Of a stretch of 55,579 nucleotides of DNA, positions 37,952 through 47,428 are shown in pieces. Position 1 is the stretch's first letter. Every line of letters begins with the position of its first letter. The notes under the pieces are model-generated. The model was not told the DNA's origin. It made no database searches and saw only the letters and a program-made list of their open reading frames with translations. A program made the translations under genes and the position numbers. The DNA is taken from assembly GCA_965371515.1 (NCBI GenBank), contig CBDUYR010000015.1, positions 1-55,579 of the forward strand, given 5' to 3'. Source of the stretch: an uncultured bacterium (GTDB lineage Bacteria; Krumholzibacteriota; Krumholzibacteriia; Krumholzibacteriales; Krumholzibacteriaceae).

Positions 37952-37985
37952 GCCGGCGCCGCGTATAGACGTGGTGCCGGCTTTT
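37952..37985 (+). terminator. Rho-independent terminator of the thiolase/DUF35 operon
   Basis: GCCGGCGCCGCGT-ATAG-ACGTGGTGCCGGC stem (two G-U pairs) followed by TTTT. Confidence 0.65.
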
Positions 37986-38037
37986 GCATTGTGAGGGTTC
38001 AGCCCTTACTGTTATATTCGGTCTCATGGTTGCACAG

Positions 38038-39162
38038 ATGCAAAACAGCAGATCGACATGCATACATGTCATTCATTCGCTTGAGTACGGAGGAGCGCAG
38101 AAGGACCTCTATTACTACGCGAAATTTCATGATCGGGACAAATATCAGCTTGAAGTCATCTCGTTTTACCCTGATGGGGAGATGATTCCGGTAATAGAGG
38201 ATCTCGGCATAAGGGTCCACGTCCTCGGTACCCGTTCAGCCGACCCGCGGAGCATCACCCGTCTCTGGAAGTATTTCAGACAGCATAAAGTTGATATCGT
38301 GCACTTCCACAGTTACCTGCCTGTGTACAGCGGCGTTCCAGCAGCAGAACTCGCGAAGGTTCCAGTCAAGGTGGTGACCGAGCACAGTGTCTATACTGGA
38401 AAAACCGGAGGGCGATTCAGCGATATCGTATATTTCAATCTCCGCAGAAGGCTCGACATGGTGATCGCCTGCTCGCAGCAGGTCAGGGAGTCACACCGGG
38501 ACAAGGTCGATCCGGACAGGATCGTCACCATCGTCAACGGAGTCGACCTTGATCACTTCGACAATGCTCATTCAGATATAAAAAGAGATCCGGATATCTT
38601 TCATATTGGGACTATCGGCAGTCTGACCCAGCCGAAGGGCTACTCGAATCTTGTCGAAGCAGTAAGGTTGCTTTTGGAGAGGGATATTCCCGCCAGGCTG
38701 ACTTTCGTAGGCGACGGCCCTCTCAGGGAAGGACTCGAAATCCAGGCCGGGCAGTCCGGTGTCGGAGACAGGATCGTTTTCGCCGGAAAGACGGCCGACG
38801 TGATGGATTTTCTTCTCCGATTCGATGTCGTCGCGGGCTCATCCCTGCGTGAGGGCCTTCCCCTCGCTATACTCGAGGCTATGGCCGCCGGGAGACCAGT
38901 GGTTACGACTGATGTCGGCGGAAACAGAGAAGCGGTCATAGACGGGGTGACCGGGCTGCTTGTTCCTCCAAGTAATCCTCGGGCCCTTGCCGGTGCGCTC
39001 GAGAGCCTCTGGAGGGATGAAGAGAAACGCGCATCGATGGGCCTGGAAGGAAGGGCCCGGGTGGAGAAGCTTTTCTCCGCAAGTACGATGGTGGCAAAAA
39101 CCGAAAAGTTATACCAGTCGATCATCGAATCGAATTCCGGAGGGCCGGACAACCATGCATGA
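38038..39162 (+). CDS. Glycosyltransferase family 4
   Basis: GGAQ, TEH, NGVD, KGY, EGLPLAILEAMAAG, TDVGG; start uncertain (38026 or 38038). Confidence 0.9.
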   Translation: MQNSRSTCIHVIHSLEYGGAQKDLYYYAKFHDRDKYQLEVISFYPDGEMIPVIEDLGIRVHVLGTRSADPRSITRLWKYFRQHKVDIVHFHSYLPVYSGVPAAELAKVPVKVVTEHSVYTGKTGGRFSDIVYFNLRRRLDMVIACSQQVRESHRDKVDPDRIVTIVNGVDLDHFDNAHSDIKRDPDIFHIGTIGSLTQPKGYSNLVEAVRLLLERDIPARLTFVGDGPLREGLEIQAGQSGVGDRIVFAGKTADVMDFLLRFDVVAGSSLREGLPLAILEAMAAGRPVVTTDVGGNREAVIDGVTGLLVPPSNPRALAGALESLWRDEEKRASMGLEGRARVEKLFSASTMVAKTEKLYQSIIESNSGGPDNHA

Positions 39163-40255
39163 TTCCAGACGGATACTTGTCCTTGCCCCGCTCCCCCCTC
39201 CCATCGGGGGCGATACGATGACCTCCAAGAGGCTTATCGAGAGCAGGTACTGGGAAAAAGCCGGATTCGAGATCGAGTGCATCAACACATCCCCGGGGGA
39301 AGGCGTCAAAACAACGGAGGTAAAGCGTTCATGGAAAGACCCGGGCCGCGCCCTCAGGATCATGGGAAAGCTTGCCTCCAGACTTTCCCGAGCCGATATC
39401 GTTCTACTCTGGGCTAACAGCAGCTTCATAGTCTCTCTCGGCATCCCCGTCATGCGACTTATACGAATGACAGGCAAACCATATATCGTCAAGCCGTTCG
39501 GCTCGATGCTGGCGGACAGGATCGACGCACTCGGAGCAATGCGAAGAAAAGAAGTCGTCTCGCTGCTTAACAGGGCCGGGCATGTCCTTCCTGAGACCCG
39601 GATGCATGCCGACGAACTCATAAACCGTGCCGGCCTCGATCCGGACCGGATTGTTCTCTTTCCCAATATGCTACCGGATAAATTGATCCTCGACGAGCGA
39701 CCGAAAAGAACGTTTTCAGGCAGGTGCATATTCATCGGCCAGGTAAAAGCGGAAAAAGGCATATTCGATATCATCGAAGCGCTGAGGAGCAGGAAGGATT
39801 TGAGCTGCGACTTCTACGGCCAGATAATATCCAGGGACAACGATAAATTCTTCAATGAGATCGATTCATGTCCCAATTGCCATTACCGGGGTACCCTCTC
39901 GAACGAAGAGATCCTGGGAGCTCTGGACAGGCACGATGTCCTTCTGCTTCCCACCTACCATCAAGGTGAAGGGTATCCGGCTGTCATCCTCGAGGCTTTT
40001 GCCGCAGGGGTCCCGGTCATCACGACTGAATGGAAAGCGATCCCTGAACTTGTCAAGGATGGCAAGAGAGGCATCCTGATCCCGCCATCTTCCCCGGCAC
40101 ATATCACAGAAGCCCTGGACCTGCTCGGCAGAGATGAACAGTTGTACGATTCTCTCGCGGAGAACGCGCATGAATACGTAAAGGGATTTTCAGAAGAGAA
40201 CGTGATCGGCAGGACACTGATCGATCTTGTTTTGCCTTCTATTCCGCGGGGATGA
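39155..40255 (+). CDS. Glycosyltransferase family 4
   Basis: PPPIGG, EKGI, EGYPAVILEAFAAG; overlaps the previous gene. Confidence 0.88.
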   Translation: MHDSRRILVLAPLPPPIGGDTMTSKRLIESRYWEKAGFEIECINTSPGEGVKTTEVKRSWKDPGRALRIMGKLASRLSRADIVLLWANSSFIVSLGIPVMRLIRMTGKPYIVKPFGSMLADRIDALGAMRRKEVVSLLNRAGHVLPETRMHADELINRAGLDPDRIVLFPNMLPDKLILDERPKRTFSGRCIFIGQVKAEKGIFDIIEALRSRKDLSCDFYGQIISRDNDKFFNEIDSCPNCHYRGTLSNEEILGALDRHDVLLLPTYHQGEGYPAVILEAFAAGVPVITTEWKAIPELVKDGKRGILIPPSSPAHITEALDLLGRDEQLYDSLAENAHEYVKGFSEENVIGRTLIDLVLPSIPRG

Positions 40256-40279
40256 TCACCGGATATATGGATTAAACTG

Positions 40280-40313
40280 ACGACGCCCCATCGATGATGG
40301 GGCGTCGTTTTCT
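40280..40313 (+). terminator. Rho-independent terminator between convergent genes
   Basis: ACGACGCCCCATC-GAT-GATGGGGCGTCGT 13-bp stem followed by TTTCT. Confidence 0.78.
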
Positions 40314-40331
40314 CGTGTATTCAGTTTCCGG

Positions 40332-42677
40332 CTACTCCGTCAGCCTGAATACAACCTTATCCAGTTCTCCGGTATACGGGAAGTGGTTCTTTACCGAATA
40401 CTTGTTACTCACGGGAGTTCCAGCATCTATCCCGACATCGAAGGTCTCCGAGAGTGAAAATGTCGAGATGTGCATATCGGGCAGCTCGACCTCGCCTACC
40501 TTCTTGTCGTTGATGTAGAGCTCGCCCTTGCCGCCCGGGAGGCCTTCCGTGACGCCACCGGTCTCGATAAAGACAAACTTGATCTCTACCCTGCCGGTGC
40601 CGACAGGCGGCGACTCGACGGTGTAGTACAACCCGTTGTAGTAGTTGTAGTCATATATGACCCTGTTGTCCTTGATGAACAGTGTGTACCCGCCGGTGAA
40701 CCCGCCGCAGGCGACTATGACTCCCTCTTCCTTCCCGGTCAGTTCAAGCGTGGTCTCGATCGTGTGCGACCGGCCCTTGACCGGCGCGGAGGCCTTCTCT
40801 GCGATCCGCCTTGCACCCGGGTTGTAGTAGACAAACTCCTTCCTGTCGCCGAAGAGGATGTCCTGCTGCTTCGCGATGCGCATGAGCATGTCATCGTACA
40901 GGGGATAGACGTTGTTCTCCCAGGCCAACTCATCCCAGCGTTTTTTCAATTCCTCAAGCTTCTCCGGATGCTTGTCGGCAAGATTTACAGCTTCGGAGAA
41001 GTCCTCGTCTATGTGATAGAGCTCCCAGACATCCTCCTCGAACGGTGCTATCAGGTTGACGTTCCAGGGCATCCTGCCGGCATGGATCGTGACAGCCTTC
41101 CAGCCATCCTTGTAGATCGCCCGGTTGCCGAACAGTTCGAAGTACTGCTCCGGATGCTCGGTCGGCTTGTCTGGTGCATCGAACGAGTATGCCATGCTGA
41201 CGCCGTCAAGTTCCATCTGCTCGTGTCCGTCGAGTTCCTTCAGGAACGGAATTCCCGTGACATCGAGTATCGTCGGACCAATGTCGATGATGTGGTGGAA
41301 CTGTTGGCGAACCTCGCCCTTTGCCTTGATCCCGGCGGGCCAGTGGATGACGAGGGCATCCTGTACCCCTCCCCTGTGGACGATCTGCTTGAAGTACTGG
41401 AACGGCGTATTGCCGGCAAGGGCCCATCCCGCGTGGAAGTGCGGATAGGTATCCGGTCCGCCCCAGTCATCGTAATGCGTCATGTTCGCATCGAAGGAGG
41501 TCTGCAGGCCGTTGAGAACGTACGTCTCATTGAAGGTTCCAGCGAGGCCGCCCTCGCCCGACGAACCGTTATCCGAGGTGACAAAGATTATCGTGTTGTC
41601 CAGGGTGCCTGTTCTCTCCATCGCCGCAAGTATTCTGCCAATCTGCTCGTCCACATGGGTAAGCATCGCGGCGAAAACCTCCATCTGGCGGGCATAAAGC
41701 TTCTGCTCCTCCTTATTCAGAGATTTCCAGGCTGGGATCTCATCCGCTCTCTTTGTGAGTTTCGTCCCCTTCGGGATGATCCCCATCTCGAGCTGCCTCT
41801 TGTGGATCTTCTTCCTCGCCTCATCCCAGCCCATATCGAACTTTCCGTGGTACTTCTCGATATACTCTGGCGGAGCCTGATGGGGCGAGTGCATAGCCAC
41901 GGGTGCCCAGAACATCATGAACGGCTTGTCCGGAGAGACCGATACATGAGAAGTGATGTTGCGAATCGCCTCATCGGCCATCACGGTGCTGTAATGGTAG
42001 CCTGGCTTGCCCTCCCAGTCCTCCATGGGATAGTGATCCCGCCAGACCAGAGAACGGTAGTTATCCGCGTCGGCAGCCATGAACCCGTAATAGTGGTCGA
42101 ATCCCTCGCCGCTCGGCCAGCGGTCGAAGGGACCGCTCTCGGAGACCTCGTAAAGCGGTGTGTGATCCCATTTGCCCAGAGCGTAGTTGACGAAACCGGC
42201 CTTCTGAAGGTGCTTCGCGATCGATTTTCCGCTCTCGGGCGGGAAGGCGTTGTAGCCTGGAAAACCCATAGCGGTGAGTGAATGTGATCCGAGACCGATG
42301 CGGTGGTGGTTGCGGCCGGCCATGATCGAGGCCCTCGACGGCGAGCAGAGCGCCGTGGTGTGGAAATTATTGTAGCGCAGGCCGTTTGCCGCGAGCCTGT
42401 CGATGTTCGGCGTCTCGCTCTGGCCGCCGAAGCAGTTGAGGTGCCCGAATCCTGTATCGTCCAGCAGGATTATCATCACGTTCGGCGTGCCCACAGGTGG
42501 CTTGGGCGATGAAGGCCACCATTCCTGCGACTCCTCATACGATTTCGAGATCTTACCCTTGAATTCCTGTCCGTACTTCTCGAATGACTCGTCCTTCTGC
42601 TCCTGGGCAGAGCATGCGGTCGAGACGAGAATACCGGCCGGGATCAGGCCGGTGATCAGAAGCTCTCTGCGCTTCAT
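40332..42677 (-). CDS. Cys-type arylsulfatase (AtsA-like), exported lipoprotein
   Basis: LLDDTG, CSPSRASIMAGR (CxPxR), GKW.H, SDNG; KRRELL signal with STA-C lipobox. Confidence 0.92.
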   Translation of the reverse strand: MKRRELLITGLIPAGILVSTACSAQEQKDESFEKYGQEFKGKISKSYEESQEWWPSSPKPPVGTPNVMIILLDDTGFGHLNCFGGQSETPNIDRLAANGLRYNNFHTTALCSPSRASIMAGRNHHRIGLGSHSLTAMGFPGYNAFPPESGKSIAKHLQKAGFVNYALGKWDHTPLYEVSESGPFDRWPSGEGFDHYYGFMAADADNYRSLVWRDHYPMEDWEGKPGYHYSTVMADEAIRNITSHVSVSPDKPFMMFWAPVAMHSPHQAPPEYIEKYHGKFDMGWDEARKKIHKRQLEMGIIPKGTKLTKRADEIPAWKSLNKEEQKLYARQMEVFAAMLTHVDEQIGRILAAMERTGTLDNTIIFVTSDNGSSGEGGLAGTFNETYVLNGLQTSFDANMTHYDDWGGPDTYPHFHAGWALAGNTPFQYFKQIVHRGGVQDALVIHWPAGIKAKGEVRQQFHHIIDIGPTILDVTGIPFLKELDGHEQMELDGVSMAYSFDAPDKPTEHPEQYFELFGNRAIYKDGWKAVTIHAGRMPWNVNLIAPFEEDVWELYHIDEDFSEAVNLADKHPEKLEELKKRWDELAWENNVYPLYDDMLMRIAKQQDILFGDRKEFVYYNPGARRIAEKASAPVKGRSHTIETTLELTGKEEGVIVACGGFTGGYTLFIKDNRVIYDYNYYNGLYYTVESPPVGTGRVEIKFVFIETGGVTEGLPGGKGELYINDKKVGEVELPDMHISTFSLSETFDVGIDAGTPVSNKYSVKNHFPYTGELDKVVFRLTE

Positions 42678-42798
42678 CGCTCTCTCCTTTCAATAGCCAT
42701 AATCATCGCTCATGGCCATTTCTAGAACCTGCCAGAATTTGTAATGATTCCTGAATGGGTGAAGGCTAAACCGGTTCCTCGCTTACTGTCAATGTAAA

Positions 42799-43878
42799 TC
42801 AATCTGAAACCGGCATTTGCGCTTTCTCCAACTCGAGCAGATACTGTTTCCGCCACAATCCGCCGCCGTATCCCGTAAGCCGTCCATCGGCTCCGATAAC
42901 CCTGTGGCATGGTATTACTATGGCGATCCTGTTGTCGCCGTTTGCCCTCCCGACCGCGCGGACGGCTCCCGGACGCTTGATATCCCCGGCCAGCTGTTCA
43001 TATGAGCGTGTCATGCCGTACGGTATTCGGCGCAGTCCGTTCCAGACCTGCTCCTGGAATTCCGTTCCGGGGACGACTATATCCACGGTGAACTCCATCA
43101 GTGAGCCATTGAAATATTCCTTCAATTCCCTCTCGATCCTGTCCAGATGCTCGTTTCTGCCAGGCGTGACTGTACAGTCCATCCTCTTCCTGAGCGTCCT
43201 GAGCTGGGTCTCCAGCATCCGCCGGTCGGCGAATTCGAGCAGGCAGAGTCCTTTGTCGGTTGCCCCCGCCACCATGGGTCCGAGAGGAGTGAGCATTCTG
43301 TTGATGAACATGTTGACGGCGCCCGAGCTCCTGCCCGGGGTGATATTGAATATCCTGCCGAATGCCTCCCTGAATCCACTGAGAGATTCGTAGCCGTGAC
43401 CGAAAGCCGTCCGGGCCTGATCCTCACCATGCCTTATCCTCCCGATAGCCATACCCAGCCGGCGTGCCCTGAGGTATGCCTGGAATGTCATCCTGTGATG
43501 CTTCTTGAACCAGCGTCTCACCCTCACCGGATCGTACTTTAGCGAACGGAGAGCGGAGTCGGTTAGCCTCGCCGCTGGATCTTCCTCGACCTTATCGAGC
43601 AATGGTCTGAGCCAGGCCGGTGCGTCTCCCGCCGGCTCAAGAGGCCTGCAGCGCTTGCACGGCCTGTATCCCGCAGAGAGCGCAAAATCCGCCGAGGGAA
43701 AGAACTCCACGTTCCTGCGCAGTGGAGTCCTGGCGGGGCATGACGGGCGGCAGAATATTCCAGTTGTCTTGACAGCCGCCACGAAGATCCCGTCATATGT
43801 GCTGTCGCTCTCACTGAGAGCCCTGTACATCTCCTCTTCTCCGGGAAGGTCGATACCTGAAGGTTTCATTTCTCCCAC
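42799..43878 (-). CDS. ada: Bifunctional Ada transcriptional activator / O6-methylguanine-DNA methyltransferase
   Basis: GIFCRPSC..RPCKRC Zn site, AraC HTH, IPCHRV active site. Confidence 0.93.
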   Translation of the reverse strand: MGEMKPSGIDLPGEEEMYRALSESDSTYDGIFVAAVKTTGIFCRPSCPARTPLRRNVEFFPSADFALSAGYRPCKRCRPLEPAGDAPAWLRPLLDKVEEDPAARLTDSALRSLKYDPVRVRRWFKKHHRMTFQAYLRARRLGMAIGRIRHGEDQARTAFGHGYESLSGFREAFGRIFNITPGRSSGAVNMFINRMLTPLGPMVAGATDKGLCLLEFADRRMLETQLRTLRKRMDCTVTPGRNEHLDRIERELKEYFNGSLMEFTVDIVVPGTEFQEQVWNGLRRIPYGMTRSYEQLAGDIKRPGAVRAVGRANGDNRIAIVIPCHRVIGADGRLTGYGGGLWRKQYLLELEKAQMPVSD

Positions 43879-44036
43879 GCCTCACTTTTTAATTCTTCAT
43901 AAACATGCATAATGTAGTAATAATGTAGTCGCCTTATTCTCCATGTTCTACCGGAAAATGGACATCGATGTATGATATATGATAATAGACAATAGTCGGG
44001 GAAAAACTATTCAACAGGAAATCGGAGGACTTACTG

Positions 44037-44465
44037 ATGGCCGATACAACGATCGATATAGCCTGGGATGAGAAGATGCGATTCAGCACCAATGTCAACG
44101 GGCACGACATGATCCTCGACGCGGATGAAAGCGTAGGAGGTGAAGACAAGGGGCCCCGCCCCAAGCCGCTGATGCTTGTGGCCCTCGGTGGATGTACCGG
44201 CATGGATGTCATCTCGATCCTCAGAAAGATGAGAGTCGATGTTGACGATTTTCATGTAAAGATCGAAGGCGAACTGACCGGGGAGCATCCCAGGTATTAT
44301 CATAAAATACATGTAGTTTATGAGTTCAGAGGCAAGGGCCTCCCCATGGACAAACTGGAGAAGGCGATCAGCCTTTCAGAGGAACGTTACTGCGGAGTCA
44401 GCGCTGTTTACAGACAAGCAGCGGAAATGACTTCGGAAATCAGGATCATCGAAGATCCTGAGTGA
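44037..44465 (+). CDS. OsmC/YhfA family protein
   Basis: GPRP..ALGGCTGMDV, LSEERYCGV. Confidence 0.9.
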   Translation: MADTTIDIAWDEKMRFSTNVNGHDMILDADESVGGEDKGPRPKPLMLVALGGCTGMDVISILRKMRVDVDDFHVKIEGELTGEHPRYYHKIHVVYEFRGKGLPMDKLEKAISLSEERYCGVSAVYRQAAEMTSEIRIIEDPE

Positions 44466-44483
44466 AAGTATGAGCCCCTGACT

Positions 44484-45167
44484 TCATCGCATATGCGGCA
44501 GGTCGGGCATGCCTTCGTATTTCACGACATGCTCCGGCTTCCCGCAGTAGACGAAGCTGTTGTTCATGTGATTGCGCTCGTCGAGACCGATCCGCATGAA
44601 CACGTCGGCCCAGGTCTTGAAATCACCGTATTCCGCGACGAGCGGATTTTCCATTCGCTGGTCCTCCAGCCCGGGATTATCCTCGACGAACTTCGCGTAG
44701 ACATGCTCGGCGTGATCCTCGAACTCGGCGTTGAAGAGAAACGCCCCGCGGATATTCAGAACAGCCATGATACGCGTCATGATCACATAACCCGTAATCA
44801 TGAACCAGGGGATCACGGGAAACAAGTACCACGGATCCTTGATACCGTCTTCCTTCATCTTCTCGTTGATCACGATGAGGTGCCAGTACTCGTTGTCCTG
44901 CGCCTCTCTCCCCCACTCCATGATGCCTTCGGCAAAAGCGACCTTATCCCTGTCCCTGTATATCCGCGTCAGGCGAGTATACTGGCGGATCTCCCACGAC
45001 CTGTATGGGATACTGGCAAGCATCTCGATCAGCTTGGCCTTCGCCGGGGTAGTCTTCCTCCCCGTGACAAGATCCATCATGAGAAAGAATAATTTCGCCG
45101 CAAGGGAATATCTGTGCCTCGGCCTGGCGAGAGAGGCCTGCTGTTCCTTCTTCAGATCTATCTGCAC
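44484..45167 (-). CDS. Alternative-oxidase-like membrane-associated di-iron carboxylate protein
   Basis: LIEMLASIP, DNEYWHL, EFEDHAEHVY, LDERNH follow the AOX E/ExxH/E/ExxH order, with a central hydrophobic segment. Confidence 0.72.
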   Translation of the reverse strand: MQIDLKKEQQASLARPRHRYSLAAKLFFLMMDLVTGRKTTPAKAKLIEMLASIPYRSWEIRQYTRLTRIYRDRDKVAFAEGIMEWGREAQDNEYWHLIVINEKMKEDGIKDPWYLFPVIPWFMITGYVIMTRIMAVLNIRGAFLFNAEFEDHAEHVYAKFVEDNPGLEDQRMENPLVAEYGDFKTWADVFMRIGLDERNHMNNSFVYCGKPEHVVKYEGMPDLPHMR

Positions 45168-45322
45168 TATTAATGCCTCCTGTAGAAAAATCGTTTATCA
45201 GTCAACAATATATAGTTTAGAATCGTTCTTATCAAGATGATACGCTGTGTAATATACACAGCGTATCACAAATTCATCTCCTGTCTGATTACACGCCCCC
45301 GGCGGAGCGGAATCCCGCATTA

Positions 45323-45952
45323 TTACCCCTTGGGGAAGAGCATCTGCACCTGCAGGCGCAGCGACCAGTCCGGTCCGTAGTCTGGTGTAACGACGTTGTA
45401 ATAGTACTGCGCCGAGCAGTTAAGCGGAATCTTCCCCGGCTTGAAGAGTTTCCCGATACCTATCCCGAACGGCACTGTCCACTCCTGGCCGTCCTCGGCT
45501 TCCCAGTTCGCCGTGATTATCGGCGCCGAGGTGAGATAGAATCCGGGGAAATTGTAGTTTATAAAATACTGGAGGAGCATCTAGTTTACATCGGGTGAGT
45601 CCGTGTCACCTGCATACGACCAGACATTATTACACAGCACTCCTACCACCCATGGACCGGGTGTCACGATGGGCAGGATGGTCCTCGTGATAAGCCTGCC
45701 CTCGTAGAAGGGCGCTACAGGCTGGATATTGAGGACGTTTGCCGTACGATTGTACGGCCCGATGTTAAAACTCGTATTGTTCTGCAAGGGTAGGCTGATC
45801 AGGTTCGCGATCGGATTCTGGGCCTTCTTGGCCAGGTCTTCCTCCGAATCCTGCGCATGACACGGCGCATCCCATATTCCTGATCCCAGAGCAGCGATCG
45901 CGCAGATACTTACGATCTTCCACCCTGAAATCCGCTTGTCATTCTTGATCAC
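45323..45952 (-). pseudogene. Disrupted outer-membrane protein ('neuromedin U'-annotated family) with an in-frame TAG at 45581-45583
   Basis: Signal peptide, LAKKAQNPIANLISLPLQNN, continuing in frame past TAG to ..QYFINYNF..WSLRLQVQMLFPK; the central strands appear deleted. Confidence 0.75.
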
Positions 45953-46127
45953 TCTCCTTTTCTGTTATTTATGCAACCCGGCCACCTTGGCCTTGGCGGT
46001 AAGAAACATTGCCTATATACGAGGAGCATATATAAACTGTCTGGAATAATTCAACCTGTTCTTTGAAAGCAATGGTGCCCCTGTAATCCGCTTCATTCAC
46101 CATGGAAGAAATCAGACGTGGAATATT

Positions 46128-47315
46128 TTATATTTCGTGTTTTTTCTCGAGCCCCGAGCACGGATTCCCGTGAAACAGTGTCATGCTCATTTCCGGCGAC
46201 TGGAAGACGGCCGTCCCAAGCGTGACGCCGTGCACGTCCCCTTCCGGATGGCGGCAGGGGCTGTAGGGCCGCCCTTCGTGAAGCGACAGGAGCTCGATTA
46301 TCCCTTCGACGCCCGAAGGCTCCCCCCTATTCTCGACCGCCCTTGTGAGGACCTCCATCCGTGTCGTCGATGAGATGTAGGGAACGTCGTAGGGCCGCTC
46401 CCCCGATTCTCCACCTTCTACCATGGCGGGATGAAGGAAGTGGTTGGTGTGGATATAGAATCCTTCGACCTCCAGGATATCGTGCTTCTCCTCCGGCCAG
46501 GCGGCTGTCTCCACGGAAAGGATACGTCTCTCGCCGAGAGACACCAGGTTGTGGTGAAACGGGAAGGCCCTGCCCTTCATCGTCGCCAGCGAGACTGCAT
46601 CTTCTAGACTCTCCGCCTCGAGTATGGCCCGGCTTATAAAATATCGGGGGATCCCGTCGGCGACCCTCCGCGGCTGGATGTAGTTCGTAGTCTCGACGAT
46701 GCCATTCCGGTTCACCCCGGGACCGTTTCCGGGAAGAAGGCCCGGGTAGACGAAGGCGAGAAAAGTCATTCCGCTTGGAGGCGTGACCCTGACGAGAAAC
46801 ATCCTGCCTATGTTTAGATCGTTCCCGTCCTCGTTATGGACCAGTATCAGCCTGTCCCCTTCTTTGAGAGCGATCGTCGAACAACCCGGCGGATCCTTGA
46901 GCATCTTGATCTCGGACCTGCAGTTGAAGGCGAATAGATTCATGAGTGGGATCTCGAGCGATTCCGCCATCCCCTCGAGTTCTTCGACCAGATGCGGGAA
47001 AGCAGCACGGGCGTGAGAGAACATGCTCCCGATTTTCTCTTTCCCCTCCCCTTCGAGATAGTCAACGCTGTTCGGGTATTCCTCGGAATACGTGAAATAG
47101 CCTGTGATGCTTTCCTTCATGGCCGTCCCGATACGCCTGCCGATCTCGTAATGCGAACCACCAGCTTCTATGAGCGGGTAACCACCCTCGGGGACTTTGA
47201 GCACTCCCCTGTAGTCGGAGGAGGAGAAGCCGCAGCCTGACAAAGGCAGCAATGCCGTTCCTGCCGCTACGGCTAAAGAATATTCCAGGAATTCTCTTCG
47301 GGAATACTTGTTCAT
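46128..47315 (-). CDS. Peptidase C45 (acyl-CoA:6-APA acyltransferase-like Ntn hydrolase), Tat lipoprotein
   Basis: SRREFL + LSG-C; G-CST autocleavage site, HNED, HTNHF. Confidence 0.85.
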   Translation of the reverse strand: MNKYSRREFLEYSLAVAAGTALLPLSGCGFSSSDYRGVLKVPEGGYPLIEAGGSHYEIGRRIGTAMKESITGYFTYSEEYPNSVDYLEGEGKEKIGSMFSHARAAFPHLVEELEGMAESLEIPLMNLFAFNCRSEIKMLKDPPGCSTIALKEGDRLILVHNEDGNDLNIGRMFLVRVTPPSGMTFLAFVYPGLLPGNGPGVNRNGIVETTNYIQPRRVADGIPRYFISRAILEAESLEDAVSLATMKGRAFPFHHNLVSLGERRILSVETAAWPEEKHDILEVEGFYIHTNHFLHPAMVEGGESGERPYDVPYISSTTRMEVLTRAVENRGEPSGVEGIIELLSLHEGRPYSPCRHPEGDVHGVTLGTAVFQSPEMSMTLFHGNPCSGLEKKHEI

Positions 47316-47428
47316 GGCGACGACCCTTCCATGTGTCACATCAACATAGAACAGGAGTGTTGGGCGAAGCAGGACTCAGTTCCGCGCGCCTGGTGTCAAA
47401 GTAGCGGAGATCGATCAAGACGGAACAC

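Noticed and set aside
40470..42281. 603-aa plus-strand ORF
   Set aside because: Lies antisense to the sulfatase with no motifs; a typical high-GC shadow ORF.
45581..45583. Pyrrolysine or recoded TAG readthrough
   Set aside because: TAG ends several ordinary genes in this window, no pyl genes are seen, and the gene also looks internally deleted.
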